From Elsinoe ampelina (lineage: Eukaryota): a stretch of DNA of 64,000 nt. The DNA is taken from NCBI GenBank assembly GCA_010093995.1, contig ML992501.1, positions 2,809,194 through 2,873,193 of the forward strand. Reading direction: 5' to 3'. Under the pieces are notes generated by a model. The model saw only the letters and a program-made list of their open reading frames with translations, made no database searches and had not been told where the DNA came from. Shown here in pieces: positions 11,501 to 21,699 of the stretch. Positions within the stretch are counted from its first letter, which is position 1. Each line of letters starts with the position of its first letter. The position numbers and the translations under genes were made by a program.

Positions 11501-14500
11501 AATTTCTTCCTGAAGTGCTTTTCGATGACGATCGTAGATTTTTCGTGATAGGATCATATGTAAGGCAGGGTCTTCAGGTGCCGAGGGGACAAACAGAGCG
11601 ATACATCCGAGTGCAAGGCTGATCCACGAACGACCCAAGGACAAGCTTTCGTTGGTGGAGGGCATAAAAACCTCGTGCTTAGCAACATACTCAGCTGGAC
11701 CAGCGAACGCGCCCAAGACCAGAGCAGCAGTCTCGTGTAAGGAAGAAGAACCACGATCAATTAATCTCTGTGACGTGGGTGCGTTGAGATTGAAGTGTTC
11801 AAGCAGTCTCGCTGCAATGGATGCAGTCCCGCTATCATCTTGTAGGATCAGATGTTGTAGAATCTCCTCAAGCACATGCTGCAAGATGGGATGGAGTTGA
11901 TTCGTGCGTTCCAATGCTAAAGAGTGTGTGTTGCTGGCAAGGAGCTTTCCCATCGTCATCATCTCGGCCTTCAAGAGTGGTATCTGCTGAATCGATACAT
12001 TGGCTGCAGTCTGCAGATCGGCCAGCAAGTAAGAGCTCAAATGTGTAGCGCCAGAATCAAGGCCGTTGTCACATGGGGACGAATAAGCGATCAAGTGTTG
12101 AAGGGTTGCAGATATGGACTTCGAACTGTCCGTAGTCGACGGCCATCCAGGTGGACGCCCACTTAACAATTGTGCGCTTTCAAGTAGTCTGTTGTCGGTA
12201 CTCGCGAAAGAACGCTCCTCGGCCTGAACCAAATCCAGATGGCGATTGAGACAATCGAATGCCTGACTGAAATGAGGCTTAACATCGATCGAATCCCGCC
12301 TTGTCTCCGAAATTAATTTGATCTCATTGATGGCGTCTTCAACAGAACTCAGATGCAGCTGATCTGGGTGGTCACCGGACACTGATATTCTCAGCGCCTT
12401 GATCAAGGTCATCCTGAGCTGTACTGCATCGCTTAGGGAGATAGCGCCCAGCTTCACCGTGTTGCAGAACTCCGCGAGTAGACCTTGAAGGCGTACCACG
12501 AGCTCGTGAGCCTCGCGGGTTGCTGGTGTGAATGGTCTCGCAACTTTCCACAGTGCTACGACTGCATTTGACGCAGGCCTGGGTGCGGACGCTCCAAGCA
12601 TAGCCACAGACCTCTCGATGGACGCAGCGAACGCTGAATCGATGGGCGGGCCATCGGCTGTTTCCTCCCCTCCTGAGTCCTCCTCGTGGGTTCGAGCTGC
12701 GCTATGATGATCTTTGATCGAATCACTAAAGACGCTCTTGAAAGTCGCTCCAGAATTGACGACACGAAGGAAATATCGACCGAGAAGTGGTATCATTGCC
12801 TCTGATATCCCGGAATCACCGGCTAGGTAATGCAGGTCCCACCACAGCCGGCAAAGACTGTCCAAAGCCCGCTCCAGCAGCCCATGGATCACTGGAAATC
12901 GGACAATGGTCGTGGGCTCCACACCGTAGAGACAAGACTTGGTGAGTATGGTCACGGCTTCGGGGCTGAGAAAGTGTTGTTCAAGGTCATTCTTCAGTTG
13001 GCCAAGAGCCTTGAACACTCCATCTTTATCAGGATCGGCTGCGGACTTCAGCAATTTTGTCGCCGTTCTTCCGGGCGCTGCTAGGTTTCTTGTGCGTCGC
13101 AGCGTTTCGGACATTCGAGAGGTATGACCAGCCAGTTCAAATTGAATTACTTCAGCGTATATGTGACCGTATCCGTTCCACTTCTGGTCCTCGATAAACG
13201 CCGCAAGGTATATGAGCGGACTATTGAGAGGGTGACGAGGAGCCAGAACTTTCGTATCGTCGATTTTGAATGATGATGGTGATCGTAGACCGGGATTAAC
13301 TTCGAAGTATAAGGCAGGCTCGTCCATCGGTGTACGATCAACCTTATAAATTTCCTGAGAAAGCTGCCACAAATGCTTATCGTCCCTGCAGAGATGATCG
13401 TACGCAATGTTCCTGTATTCTGCGGACGACTCTTGTGTTAAGATGTTGTGTATCTGGTGAATCCGTTGAACAGCTGCATCATGGAAGAAGACCGATGACT
13501 GGTCGAAGCCGGGCTTCCAGTCTGGCATGAAAAGCTCGACGCACCTGTTTCTCAATGCTCGGGACAGCTCGCCATGTTTAGGATCCATGGTGAGTATGAT
13601 ACGGAAGTCGGGGTGCGGAGTGACGATTCGGGCTTGACCATCAGCTTCGGTATGCTCGTTGATGATGAGCTTCCCGTTTGGCTCTAGCAAAGAATTGAGT
13701 CGATCCAGAGCGGCGGGACTGCATAGATTCGCATTATCCAGGACTAACCATTCCCCCTTCTGCATTGCTCGGATGAGAGTTCCATCGAGCCATTCGAAGC
13801 GGGCACCAGTAGCGCCCGAATTGGTGGTGCGCAATTGATCTAGCTTGGCAGAGACCGCTCCCAACAACGAGCGGCGAAGCTCGTCATCAACGTGTATTGG
13901 GCAATGTTGAAGGAAGCTGCGTACCTGGTCTAGATCCGTGAGCTCCGGAAATTGACCAGCTGCCGAGAAGCGCTGGGCCACGGCCCATACTCCAGTCAGC
14001 AACGTCAGAGGAAGAGCCGCACAGGCTTCCCGAATGATCAGCGATCTGACAAGCTGTTTTAACAGCTCGCCCGTCTCGTGGACGAGTCTCAACGGATCAT
14101 GCTGTTCATATCCTCCAACAAGATCCATGGAGTCAATGTCAGCATTGATGGCGAAGGTCGTCAAGCTTGCACCAACAAGAGAAGCGAGTTGTCCTATGAG
14201 CTTCGTCTTGCCACATCCAGCTGCTCCGACCAGCAGGACGGGCCAATTCTTCTGCATGCACAACATGATAGACTCTAGAGTGTCAAGGTGTGCTTTGAAA
14301 TCGTAGTCTTCATAAAGTCGTGTGCTCGTCATCTTGTTTGCCGGCTTCCTGGGGAGGAGTCCAAATCCCACCTGAAAGCTCTCCGAGCTCAAGCAATGGG
14401 GCATTCCACGCAGAGCATCTTCGAAGTGATCGTCGATCTTCCGATACCACTCTGAGACATGACTCTGATCTCGTTGCGTTCGAAAGCGTTGAGCGATGAC

Positions 14501-17500
14501 AGTGAACATCACTTGTCGAGTGTCTGCAGCTCGAAGAAGTCGTTGCGGAGATGATACGAGCTCTAACCATCTCTTGCTGTCGCGGAGATTAAACTCCCAT
14601 GGACTACCAGCTGAACCAACAGAACCCGCCTGGAGACCCTCGTTGACTTTCTCTATCAGGTCAACTACTTTAGTGACAGAGCCTACGTCGACATCTTTGA
14701 AAGATTGCTGACAGAGAGTGAGCAGGTCTTGCTTCCGAAGTACTTCTGCATAGACAACAGTGAATCGATTGACAAACGATGCTGGAAGTCCCTTCCTGCC
14801 TCCGCCTTGATGATGCGGATTCTGTGCAGCAAACAGTCTGAAGTCAGGGTGGCGATGAAAAGTCTGATTCAGCTCCGGGATGTACACCTCGCCACGATGA
14901 TCCAGACAGGCATTCAGACCTTCCAGGATCGATTGAGATGCCAAGTTCATCTCGTCGAGAAGCACCCACTCGCCTCTTTTCATGGCTCGTAGGAATGGTG
15001 CGTCCCTCCATGCAAAAGTCGCAAGTCCCTTTCCTTCGATCGGAACATCCGAGCCAAACAGGTCCATGAGATCTGTCTGCTCTGACAAGTTGATACGGGT
15101 AAGAGGAGTACCAGCGCATCTAGCCATATCTGACACGAGTGTTGTCTTGCCAACACCTGGAGCACCTTCGAGGAGGATCGGTTTGGGCAGCTTTAGTGCC
15201 CGAGCTACTCGCACGGCATTGCTTGCGATGGTGGGTGTGCGTAGGAACTCGGCGTTGTCCAAGGATCCGAAATTGGACATTAGGAAGGTCATGGCTGTCG
15301 ACTCGTTGACTTGGGTCGGTACGGTGACTATTGGAGTGGTGTACAAGTCCGCACAAGGGATCCCAGAGAAAAGCTCAAGTTGCATAATGCACTGTGTTCT
15401 CTCTGCATCAACGTTACGGTCATCAATAGCGAGCATGCCAGATGGATTGGCGCCGAGGCTGTCAAGATATACCATGGCCGCACCATGCCGGAAGCCAACC
15501 TCTTGTTCGTCGTCGTTGAAGATATTCATGAAGTCTGCCCAGGCAAGAAGATCCCGTATGTGTACTGAAGAAGCTGCTTCAGCATTGTATCGTTGTTGGA
15601 ACCATCGCGCGAAAGTGAGCATCGAGGAGGCAAAGCGTTCACACCTCAGCTTGGCTCCAACGACCTGAAGTACGTCGCCATCGTCGGACAGAGCGGGTAC
15701 CCAGATCTCGGTGAAGCGATTGCGGAGCGCCGGCGATAATTCCTTCTTGCCATAATCTCCTCCTGGGTTCATGGTAGCAAAGAATTCAAACCCATTTGCA
15801 GCGACTACGAAAGAGTCCAACGTGCCTTTCTCGGCGAGCAAGATCGACCGTGAGGGTTCCAGCACACTGTTGAGCCTCTCAAGGACAGAATCATCGGCCA
15901 AGGAAATTTCATCCAGCAGGAAAGGTTCGCCCTTCTTCATAGCTTCGATCAAGCTGCCGTCCGACCACTCGAACAAGACTTTGAGTTCGCCTTGTGCTTG
16001 TCTGATCGCAGTCAAATCGTCGCTATGGCCGTTGACCTGACTGACGTCGATTCGATTCACAAGATCAAGTGCAGCATGCAAGCCTCGAGTGTGAAGTGCG
16101 GTACTGACTGATTCGTTTGGAAAGGCATTCAGCATTTCAGCGAGCCTTTTTTCGATCGCCGCTTTGTTCCTGCTGGGCCGTTGTGCACCTATGAGGTCTC
16201 CAGTCTCGGTGTTTTGATGTGCGTTGACAATGTGTAGTTGCTGCTTCTTCGCTTCTGCAATGACCTGACACACAGTCGTCTTACCACAACCAGTCTCACC
16301 GACAAGCAGAACAGGCTCGTGGTTCGCGATTGCAGTACTGACCAAGCTGTACAAGCGCTTCATGGCCTTTGTCCACACAACAGATGAGCTTGACGGTGAC
16401 GCAGCAAGCCTATTATAAAGCGCCTCAGGATCGATGCTGAGTCGATATGATTTTGTCCCGACGACTTTCTCAATCACCCTTTTAACCTCGTCTCGCTCTT
16501 CAGGCTTACGACATCTCTCCGCAAGAAGCATATAGCCATTGTTGGCAAGGTCTTGTGCTGTGTCCGCTGGTCGGAGTGCCCATCGGAAGAGATCACGGAG
16601 AGTCGCAAAGCCTTTCTGCTCGAAGATCTTGCCCTCCTGTCTGATCAGGGATAATTCTTTGTAGACCTTTACAATGAGCTCACACCACGACGGTGCCTTC
16701 CGAGATCGTGCCACAAGGATGGTCTGGAGCTCATCTACTGGGATATCGTCAAAATGTAATTCCATGAAACGATTACGGAAAGCTCGAGAGAGCATCTTTC
16801 GTCCTCCGTAGATGCCTGCAGGATTTTGGGTGGCGAAGAGCATGAAACTTGGATGAGGTCGGACTATCTCTTGTGTATCGGGAATGAGCAGTTCTCTGTT
16901 GTCATCGAGTAGTCGATTCAGGGCTTCTAGAACATCAGTCGGTGCCAGATTGAGCTCATCGAGAACGATCCAATGTCCTTCCCGAATCGCTCGCACCAAG
17001 AGTCCTTCTTGGAAGAAGAGTCTGCCATCTTGGCCAGAGACATATGACCCGAGATATTCCTGCAGGTCTGTATGCTCGTGATTGTTGATTCTCACGAACT
17101 CGTGACCAGATTCCTTGGCCAGATACTCCACCATGCTGGTCTTTCCAGAAGAGGTTGGTCCTTGAAGCAGGATCGGGAAGCGCCGGGTCATCGAAGCTCT
17201 GATTAGTTTATCGACATTACGTTGTACGGAGGGCGTTTTGATGTAGTGACTTTGCGACACTGGCTTAATAGAACCCTTTCGGAGCCAGTACGGAGCCATT
17301 GGAATAAGCTCGTGGTCAGGAATACCCGCCGGTTTCGCCATCGCCATCCTGAGCTCATTCATCAGCTTCTTGTTCTTCCCATACAAATACTTGTCAATGA
17401 CCGGCATGACAAGCTGCTCCGAAGCGCCGTCCAACATCGTCAGATAGCTCATGGAGAATCCCTCATGAAGAGCTCTGCGAAGAGAACACTGGCCTGCGAC

Positions 17501-20320
17501 ATCTCTAGCAAACAGAAGCACTCGTGTCAACGTGCGCAAGCTGAAGTGAGGTCTTTGGCCGGCGCCATCAACCAGAACGCCGCTGTCACACAGACTCTGT
17601 ATTTCCTGATGCAGGCGACTAGCCGTCTCGCTCAAGACCACTTCGCTCGGCCCCAGGTAGGATTGCACAATCTGTTGTAAGCTTTGGAGATCCTTCTCCG
17701 GGCTATCAACATAGAGTTCTGTGAACCTGGACCTGATGCCTAGTGGCAGGTCCTTCTTACCAACGTCGGTGGCAGGATTCATGGCGGCGAATATGCGAAA
17801 GTCCGGATGTACATCGATCCGCTGGACACTTCCTGCTTCACTCAGCATGATTGAAGGAGACTTGTCGAACAGATCCGCCAGCGCCTCGAGAGTATCGGGA
17901 CTTGCAAGATTGATCTCGTCGAGGAGAATCCAATCACCCTCCTTCGCGGCCTTTACTACGCCACCCTCGACAAAGGAGAAAGCAACGGCACTGTCGGCCC
18001 CCGATCGTAGCCGAGCCTCTACATCCTTTGCTGAGGCTCGAAATCTTTCCCATCGAGCTTGTAAGTCGCTAGACACCGCCACCTTGCGCTTCTTCAACGG
18101 GGCGCCATCGTCCGTGCTCCGCTTGGGCGGAGATGATGATCTCGACCGTCGGAAGTCTTCGAACATGTGCCAAGCTTTGTCCCAGCATTTGCATACCGAA
18201 AGCCATCGCTGCTTTGATAGTGCTCGACTCAGCATGTCGAAGAAGTCCCGATTCTTCTCCAGTGCTCTTGTAGGGAACGTGGTCTTGAAAAGATGATCAA
18301 ACTCATCTTGGAGAGGTATAATGATCGTCCTGGTACTGATTGGCTTGAACCCACCAAGGAGATCTCCACTTTCGCTCTGTGGTGACATATTGAAGGGTGT
18401 AAGTCGTTTACCGAGCACATCCGCCAGATACTGTATTGAAGTTGTTTTGCCGGTACCCGTCTCGCCGACGAGTAACAGTGGCTCACGAGACGATACAGCA
18501 GCAGCGATCCGCTCAACTTGCTGTGCAGTGTGCCGATTCATAGAGAACGTCTTGCTCCGAGTGCTGATGCTCCTGGTAGCAGTCGACCTAGGGAAGTGGT
18601 AGCTTCCAATTGTGACTTGCTGGTCCTGGATTTTGTGAGATATAGTGCGGTCGCTGAGCAGATGCTTGAAGCGTTGTGGGTCTATCCCGACATGTTGTGC
18701 GATGCAATCTCCATACTCATTCCTGCTTGGTCCATCGGGCAGGAAGCCTGCGAAGCAATCTAAGCCTGAGAGGAGAATTTGATCCTCAACATCTCTGTCG
18801 ATGGTCTTTCTCTTACCAATCAGGGAGGAGACCCTGGCGGCCCAGCTAAATAGCTCACGAGGACTGATGGGACGGACTGTAGCACTTCGTCCTGAATCTG
18901 ATTTTTTGCTGTGTCTTTGACGGTTCTGCAGGTCTTCGAATGTTTTGACGAGCATGTCAGTATATACAGCTATTTGTGGAAAGCTACCAGATATGATTGA
19001 CGAGAGTTCGGGTAGGGTAGGCGACTGAAACCTCACTTGAGCCCAATGCCGCAGTCCTAGGAGTGAGGTTATCGGACTGTACTCCTTTCCTTTGTGATCT
19101 TCTGAAATCCTGGTGGTCGCTAGTATTCGAAAGCCCAGTGTTGCTTTGACAATCTGGTCTCTCCCAGGTAGAGCAAGCTCTCGTCTCTCGATTAAAGGAA
19201 GCAGGACACTCAGGATCTCGTTCGGTGCTCTCTCCAGGTCTTCGATCAAGATCCACCTCCCTTCCATCACTGCTTTCGTGAGCACACCAGGCTGCCAAAC
19301 AAACGAGCCGGGTGTCGAGCCTGTAGTGTAGATACCGATGAGTGTCTTGGCATCGCTCTGTTCGTTCAAGTGTAGAGTGATCATACTGTCAAGCTTACCC
19401 AGCACAGTTGCGGCATATCGTATAAGCGTAGATTTGCCTGATCCTGCCTGACCTGAGACAAGAATTGGGTTCCGGCTTTTCAATGCCGTGCCGAGTCCTT
19501 GAAGGCTTGACACGGTACTCGAAGTCAAGACGGGGCCTGATGATGCAGGACTATTGATCATTTGTGGTCGTGGGAGAAAGACGCCGGCTAGCGAGACGAG
19601 CTGCTTGCATGGTTCGACCTTGATTCCATGTCTTGACTCGGAGTTCGAATTCCGGCTGATGAGACCCCACAGCTTCTGCTCCCTCAGTCGCTCCTCAACT
19701 GCGATGAATCGATGCTTGATTGCTGCTGTATGATCGGAGTCGTCGGGTATGTTTAAAGTCTCCGCAAAGCCCGTCCAGCTTGCGACAATTTCTAGCGTCT
19801 CCCTATCCGAGGCTCCCAGCCTCAGCGAGAGTGTCCTCGCAGCCAGATATCTCACATCGATATCCGGATGCCGCGAGAGAGTAGCGAGTAGATCGAGGTC
19901 GACTATACCGCTAAATTGATCGTGATCGAAGTGCAGGAGACGCAGCAGTGACAGAAGATAGTCGTGCTCGCGTCCCGCAATTTGCTCTCTGACAGCGCGC
20001 TGAAAGTCCTCCACTGACAGTCGCCTATGGACGCTCTCGTCGAAGAACGGCACGAACTGCAAGAGGCTTGCCACTGCGATTTGTACTCCGAGCTGAGCAC
20101 CTTCCGAGGAATGAAACCCAAGGATACGGCCGCATACATCCGAGAGAAGTTCCTGGCTCAAGCTCGAGAGAAGAGCGTCCGCATCCTCGCTGGCGATGAG
20201 AGCCTGAGAGATTCGAGCGAGAAGTTGGTCATGAGATTTCTGCTTGATGATGACCTGCAGATCGATTGGTAGTTCCTCCAGCCTACTGGATAGGCTTTCC
20301 AAGCATTGTGAGATGTCCAT
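5561..20320 (-). CDS. MDN1: Midasin (Rea1) AAA-ATPase, 60S ribosome biogenesis; single uninterrupted 4919-aa ORF
   Basis: Six AAA Walker A motifs (GQAGSGKS, GETGTGKT, GPTSSGKT, GETGCGKT, GAPGVGKT, GAAGCGKT), a long linker, a D/E-rich region and a C-terminal MIDAS domain (DDSGSM; GDFRTGKRLNIKRIIPYIAS). Confidence 0.98.
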   Translation of the reverse strand: MDISQCLESLSSRLEELPIDLQVIIKQKSHDQLLARISQALIASEDADALLSSLSQELLSDVCGRILGFHSSEGAQLGVQIAVASLLQFVPFFDESVHRRLSVEDFQRAVREQIAGREHDYLLSLLRLLHFDHDQFSGIVDLDLLATLSRHPDIDVRYLAARTLSLRLGASDRETLEIVASWTGFAETLNIPDDSDHTAAIKHRFIAVEERLREQKLWGLISRNSNSESRHGIKVEPCKQLVSLAGVFLPRPQMINSPASSGPVLTSSTVSSLQGLGTALKSRNPILVSGQAGSGKSTLIRYAATVLGKLDSMITLHLNEQSDAKTLIGIYTTGSTPGSFVWQPGVLTKAVMEGRWILIEDLERAPNEILSVLLPLIERRELALPGRDQIVKATLGFRILATTRISEDHKGKEYSPITSLLGLRHWAQVRFQSPTLPELSSIISGSFPQIAVYTDMLVKTFEDLQNRQRHSKKSDSGRSATVRPISPRELFSWAARVSSLIGKRKTIDRDVEDQILLSGLDCFAGFLPDGPSRNEYGDCIAQHVGIDPQRFKHLLSDRTISHKIQDQQVTIGSYHFPRSTATRSISTRSKTFSMNRHTAQQVERIAAAVSSREPLLLVGETGTGKTTSIQYLADVLGKRLTPFNMSPQSESGDLLGGFKPISTRTIIIPLQDEFDHLFKTTFPTRALEKNRDFFDMLSRALSKQRWLSVCKCWDKAWHMFEDFRRSRSSSPPKRSTDDGAPLKKRKVAVSSDLQARWERFRASAKDVEARLRSGADSAVAFSFVEGGVVKAAKEGDWILLDEINLASPDTLEALADLFDKSPSIMLSEAGSVQRIDVHPDFRIFAAMNPATDVGKKDLPLGIRSRFTELYVDSPEKDLQSLQQIVQSYLGPSEVVLSETASRLHQEIQSLCDSGVLVDGAGQRPHFSLRTLTRVLLFARDVAGQCSLRRALHEGFSMSYLTMLDGASEQLVMPVIDKYLYGKNKKLMNELRMAMAKPAGIPDHELIPMAPYWLRKGSIKPVSQSHYIKTPSVQRNVDKLIRASMTRRFPILLQGPTSSGKTSMVEYLAKESGHEFVRINNHEHTDLQEYLGSYVSGQDGRLFFQEGLLVRAIREGHWIVLDELNLAPTDVLEALNRLLDDNRELLIPDTQEIVRPHPSFMLFATQNPAGIYGGRKMLSRAFRNRFMELHFDDIPVDELQTILVARSRKAPSWCELIVKVYKELSLIRQEGKIFEQKGFATLRDLFRWALRPADTAQDLANNGYMLLAERCRKPEERDEVKRVIEKVVGTKSYRLSIDPEALYNRLAASPSSSSVVWTKAMKRLYSLVSTAIANHEPVLLVGETGCGKTTVCQVIAEAKKQQLHIVNAHQNTETGDLIGAQRPSRNKAAIEKRLAEMLNAFPNESVSTALHTRGLHAALDLVNRIDVSQVNGHSDDLTAIRQAQGELKVLFEWSDGSLIEAMKKGEPFLLDEISLADDSVLERLNSVLEPSRSILLAEKGTLDSFVVAANGFEFFATMNPGGDYGKKELSPALRNRFTEIWVPALSDDGDVLQVVGAKLRCERFASSMLTFARWFQQRYNAEAASSVHIRDLLAWADFMNIFNDDEQEVGFRHGAAMVYLDSLGANPSGMLAIDDRNVDAERTQCIMQLELFSGIPCADLYTTPIVTVPTQVNESTAMTFLMSNFGSLDNAEFLRTPTIASNAVRVARALKLPKPILLEGAPGVGKTTLVSDMARCAGTPLTRINLSEQTDLMDLFGSDVPIEGKGLATFAWRDAPFLRAMKRGEWVLLDEMNLASQSILEGLNACLDHRGEVYIPELNQTFHRHPDFRLFAAQNPHHQGGGRKGLPASFVNRFTVVYAEVLRKQDLLTLCQQSFKDVDVGSVTKVVDLIEKVNEGLQAGSVGSAGSPWEFNLRDSKRWLELVSSPQRLLRAADTRQVMFTVIAQRFRTQRDQSHVSEWYRKIDDHFEDALRGMPHCLSSESFQVGFGLLPRKPANKMTSTRLYEDYDFKAHLDTLESIMLCMQKNWPVLLVGAAGCGKTKLIGQLASLVGASLTTFAINADIDSMDLVGGYEQHDPLRLVHETGELLKQLVRSLIIREACAALPLTLLTGVWAVAQRFSAAGQFPELTDLDQVRSFLQHCPIHVDDELRRSLLGAVSAKLDQLRTTNSGATGARFEWLDGTLIRAMQKGEWLVLDNANLCSPAALDRLNSLLEPNGKLIINEHTEADGQARIVTPHPDFRIILTMDPKHGELSRALRNRCVELFMPDWKPGFDQSSVFFHDAAVQRIHQIHNILTQESSAEYRNIAYDHLCRDDKHLWQLSQEIYKVDRTPMDEPALYFEVNPGLRSPSSFKIDDTKVLAPRHPLNSPLIYLAAFIEDQKWNGYGHIYAEVIQFELAGHTSRMSETLRRTRNLAAPGRTATKLLKSAADPDKDGVFKALGQLKNDLEQHFLSPEAVTILTKSCLYGVEPTTIVRFPVIHGLLERALDSLCRLWWDLHYLAGDSGISEAMIPLLGRYFLRVVNSGATFKSVFSDSIKDHHSAARTHEEDSGGEETADGPPIDSAFAASIERSVAMLGASAPRPASNAVVALWKVARPFTPATREAHELVVRLQGLLAEFCNTVKLGAISLSDAVQLRMTLIKALRISVSGDHPDQLHLSSVEDAINEIKLISETRRDSIDVKPHFSQAFDCLNRHLDLVQAEERSFASTDNRLLESAQLLSGRPPGWPSTTDSSKSISATLQHLIAYSSPCDNGLDSGATHLSSYLLADLQTAANVSIQQIPLLKAEMMTMGKLLASNTHSLALERTNQLHPILQHVLEEILQHLILQDDSGTASIAARLLEHFNLNAPTSQRLIDRGSSSLHETAALVLGAFAGPAEYVAKHEVFMPSTNESLSLGRSWISLALGCIALFVPSAPEDPALHMILSRKIYDRHRKALQEEIRALKQFEEANGSGHPLRSMRLNRLQVKLADLEAFEPKEAEVWRSPNSNLEALFSVFRSVHEMFLPYTSFLREQSSAALPPIGMESQLRRNIVMLKQRLMSNFPDFRDLTIPLVGFLSCLEIGLDLCTAALAASKEENSFAHLATAVPLAGAGSPPKLLEELPQNWLSLIRHGVPALAVVESFSVSKAISPAAFDKANGFECIAELLSYVQMKWEQNLQKERAENATKSSLYRYTGGDGVEDEAAEEEFAEMFPDYESNPTTDSSDKKTNYQTQSSMFADHLTSLFDANTDAKGILINLLDTLCSTTYLEKDTTNAIIKPDTLLPLAIRRLDKDFTALTGVAHDNDKSYNIYTDPNIQQVQIMAALVSKVETRFRTIQKAWSEHATLADVLQTCRELVHFAHSEPLMKVITKLEKLHDHIHEWQTVASKEFSAEAVYNNVTDLIVSWRRLELSTWSRMLDQETRKCEDDAKAWFFVAFQSIVAGTFQFRDTTEGLHDYVLELLKTLNTFFRSTGLGQYSARLRIVEALQKLVESSNYLPHSSKDLLCNSIHNFLVYFKRFERPIHEALAKGRKTLDADMKNVIQVASWKDTNILALKQSAKKSHAKLFKVIRKFRALLGQPVESIIAAGIPSYNSLIERSQVVVPVFETVGARETQKGPTPSRLEQVVPEWQQLPARFRNVQTTVKLITKLATVPEDKPNSGDEVTTWLADTQATAEILRKATLSLMTEEHKATAQHLKSRKRSLFADVLKSLRTMGFKSNLSTDVLAQQSNMVAVLTSSSRYTDRQASQAEHNLHQLLHWLPQVRESGQKHSSDLTGAEVGRSTALIESMLQNIVVQREHVTQQMTKGASLGTVLQRLQNLSTTNDIERPSQVVSRNVVADTINALATVLESAQELTAAHFRLAEEDGTEQSQELGRLAQELRRSLGDWQKLPYLPDGLTCAETQALHAKLQLQVDEVRQRLGQMVDDSPSLGPLLSQVLQWVTYDDWTTTPNRESAISIEDLQQNVCGAIDHMLATIETVPKSLAGLPSSLESPAWLVHEARILNDTIDRLRMPEMTAAVKSVLDSLHRVSSADLPGATHFLISLTPIFMQYQKVHADLTTRLLGLHTSTTSLAAALAKLYVTLARDGFCSPKEKDTDPSTDKDNGVEAGTGLGDGEGAEDISKDIGDDEDLTELAQEKNEERQDGDVEDEKDAVDMADQDLEGEYGEEQEKVDDEEGEGDEGEDREVESEAGSVDDLGEGTVDEKMWDDGGKEDDQKEQEAEKAEGTKSEDVAAAGEQKKERDEKADGGEGGEEGEEEEQVGAEEGENETGESKEAERADPTMQQEENLDLPDDIDMDGQEKMDDVDDDLDMMDEDGQETEEQGGLEDQQQETDEGAEDEVPQQSENQELKDEEMDQETNEAGETAEEAEEPAEQENVLQDNRPDDSTAADQVAPSDAQGTGLDEEQPQDEEDKQPQTGAAQRPKGAQGEDSELQETSGAQGERNEAEQQEAGGEDDQEQPMTAAEESFKKLGDAMEKWYKQRQRQIQDAQRREKDAERKKAEDAEMEDVDFEHLSDEEDEGDTQALGAAREDEATAIDEEAGTAVNDQERTDQFNKDDREQDHAGDQDIEMRDADLEQQDQADTSPAKDERKAFVGEYREPPLESRTRETSATPSDPTSETSPNEDDLPTSSHLPSTDLPSPIDHPTALSTWQTHLSRTLPHSLHLQEQLRLILHPTSTSKLRGDFRTGKRLNIKRIIPYIASNYKRDKIWLRRSVPSKREYQIVIALDDSGSMAESGAGEMALDTVAMVGRALGVLEAGELSVVGFGKEVKVPVRFGESLTVDKGAEVVRELRFGQAGTDVKALLGRAGEMFGEGRGRGGRSGAQTWQLMLVVGDGVFDDEEGVRRMERRLREEGVMVVFVIVDAEAGTKGRQSIVDLKRPRFWKDAEGATQVEIARYIETFPFRYYLIVREVAELPGVLASALRQWFAEIAETG

Positions 20321-20716
20321 GGAGTGATCCGGAAGCGCTAAAGCGCTAGATCCTCGTTATAAGAAAAGCTCGATTTGGTTGTCCATTTGCTGCATACCTA
20401 CTGGAGATGTGATAAGTCGGTGGATTTGTATGAGTCCTTACAGATTCTGCATCTTGGTCGCAGGCAGATGTATTATGATCTGTTCCAGTGCGCTTCTTCC
20501 GCGTCAAGATATAAGATCCCAGATGTTGTCGGTGAAATAGTAAACTTGATCGCCTCCCAAGAAACTTTTTTGATGCATTCAAAAGTTATCGGGGCAGGTT
20601 TTGCCGGCCGCATTTTGTGGTCTCTGATTGGCTGCAGCCATCGAGAAATATTCGAGCTCCAACGACGACAAAAGCGACGACGACACCAGAGCATCTAGAC
20701 ATCGACTTCATCAATC

Positions 20717-21333
20717 ATGGCCTCGTCAACGTGCACAGCAATGGCTCGTAATGCCTTCAAATACTCGTCTTCCACATCATCAATACTACCACGCGCGGCA
20801 GCAGGACGATTACAACCACATAGATTCCAGCGGCGATGGCAGTCTGCCGAAGCAGCAGAAGCACCTTCAAGTCCCAAGATCTCAGCGATCGTGGATCAGA
20901 TTGGATCACTTACACTCCTCGAGACTGCAGATCTGGTATCAGTGCTTAAGGTGTGTCGTACCTATCTCGACTGTATCAAGCACCTACTAATTCACTCCAG
21001 AAACGACTGAACATCCCCGACCTACCAATGGGTGGCTTCGCAGCCGCCGCACCAGCAGCACAAGCAGCAGTTCCTGCGGCTGTCGAAGAAGACGACGCGC
21101 CACCAGCGGCAGCAGAGAAGACACTATTCAACCTTAAGCTACAGAAGTTCGACGCGGCACAGAAGCCGAAGATCATCAAGGAGATTAAGGCCATGCTGGG
21201 ATTGAGCTTGGTGGAGAGCAAGAAGTTTGTGGAAAGCGCGCCCAAGTTGATGAAGGAGAGCGTACCGAAGGAGGAGGCAGAGAAGATTGTGGCGACGTTG
21301 AAGGCTGTTGGTGGTGAAGTTGTGATGGAGTAG
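20717..21333 (+). CDS. MRPL12: Mitochondrial ribosomal protein L7/L12 (exons 20717-20950, 21001-21333)
   Basis: Arg/Ser-rich presequence; IVDQIGSLTLLETADLVSVLK|KRLNIPD joined across a GT..CTAAT..CAG intron (20951-21000); KPKIIKEIKAMLGLSLVESKKFVE C-terminal domain. Confidence 0.95.
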
Positions 21334-21699
21334 ACAATGGAATGATGGGGCAGGACAGGGCAGAGCATGAGCATCACACACTGCCGCACAAATCCTCGAG
21401 ATGGACTCGCTGAATCGTGTGCATATTGTCACGTGCAGACACAGCCCAAGATGATTCAGAAGGGCCGGGCGTCGGATCCAGCTTGTCTGGATACAGGTCA
21501 TGTACAATGTACAAATACAACAACCCTTACAATTCTACGAACGACCGCTCGCCCGAGTCAGAAATTCAGGCAAAGGAGGCAGTGGTTGAAAGACGTGTCC
21601 GTGTACCATCTGTCGTAATGTCTATGCTAACATCTATCTTTCCTTCTAGGTCTACGCCCATGATCAAAGCCGCCCATCAGACCAACCCCTCGCCACTCT

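Noticed and set aside
5540..20272. Many antisense and alternate-frame ORFs within MDN1 and other genes
   Set aside because: Expected shadows of GC-rich codon usage and C/G-skewed segments; translations are low-complexity with no recognisable domains.
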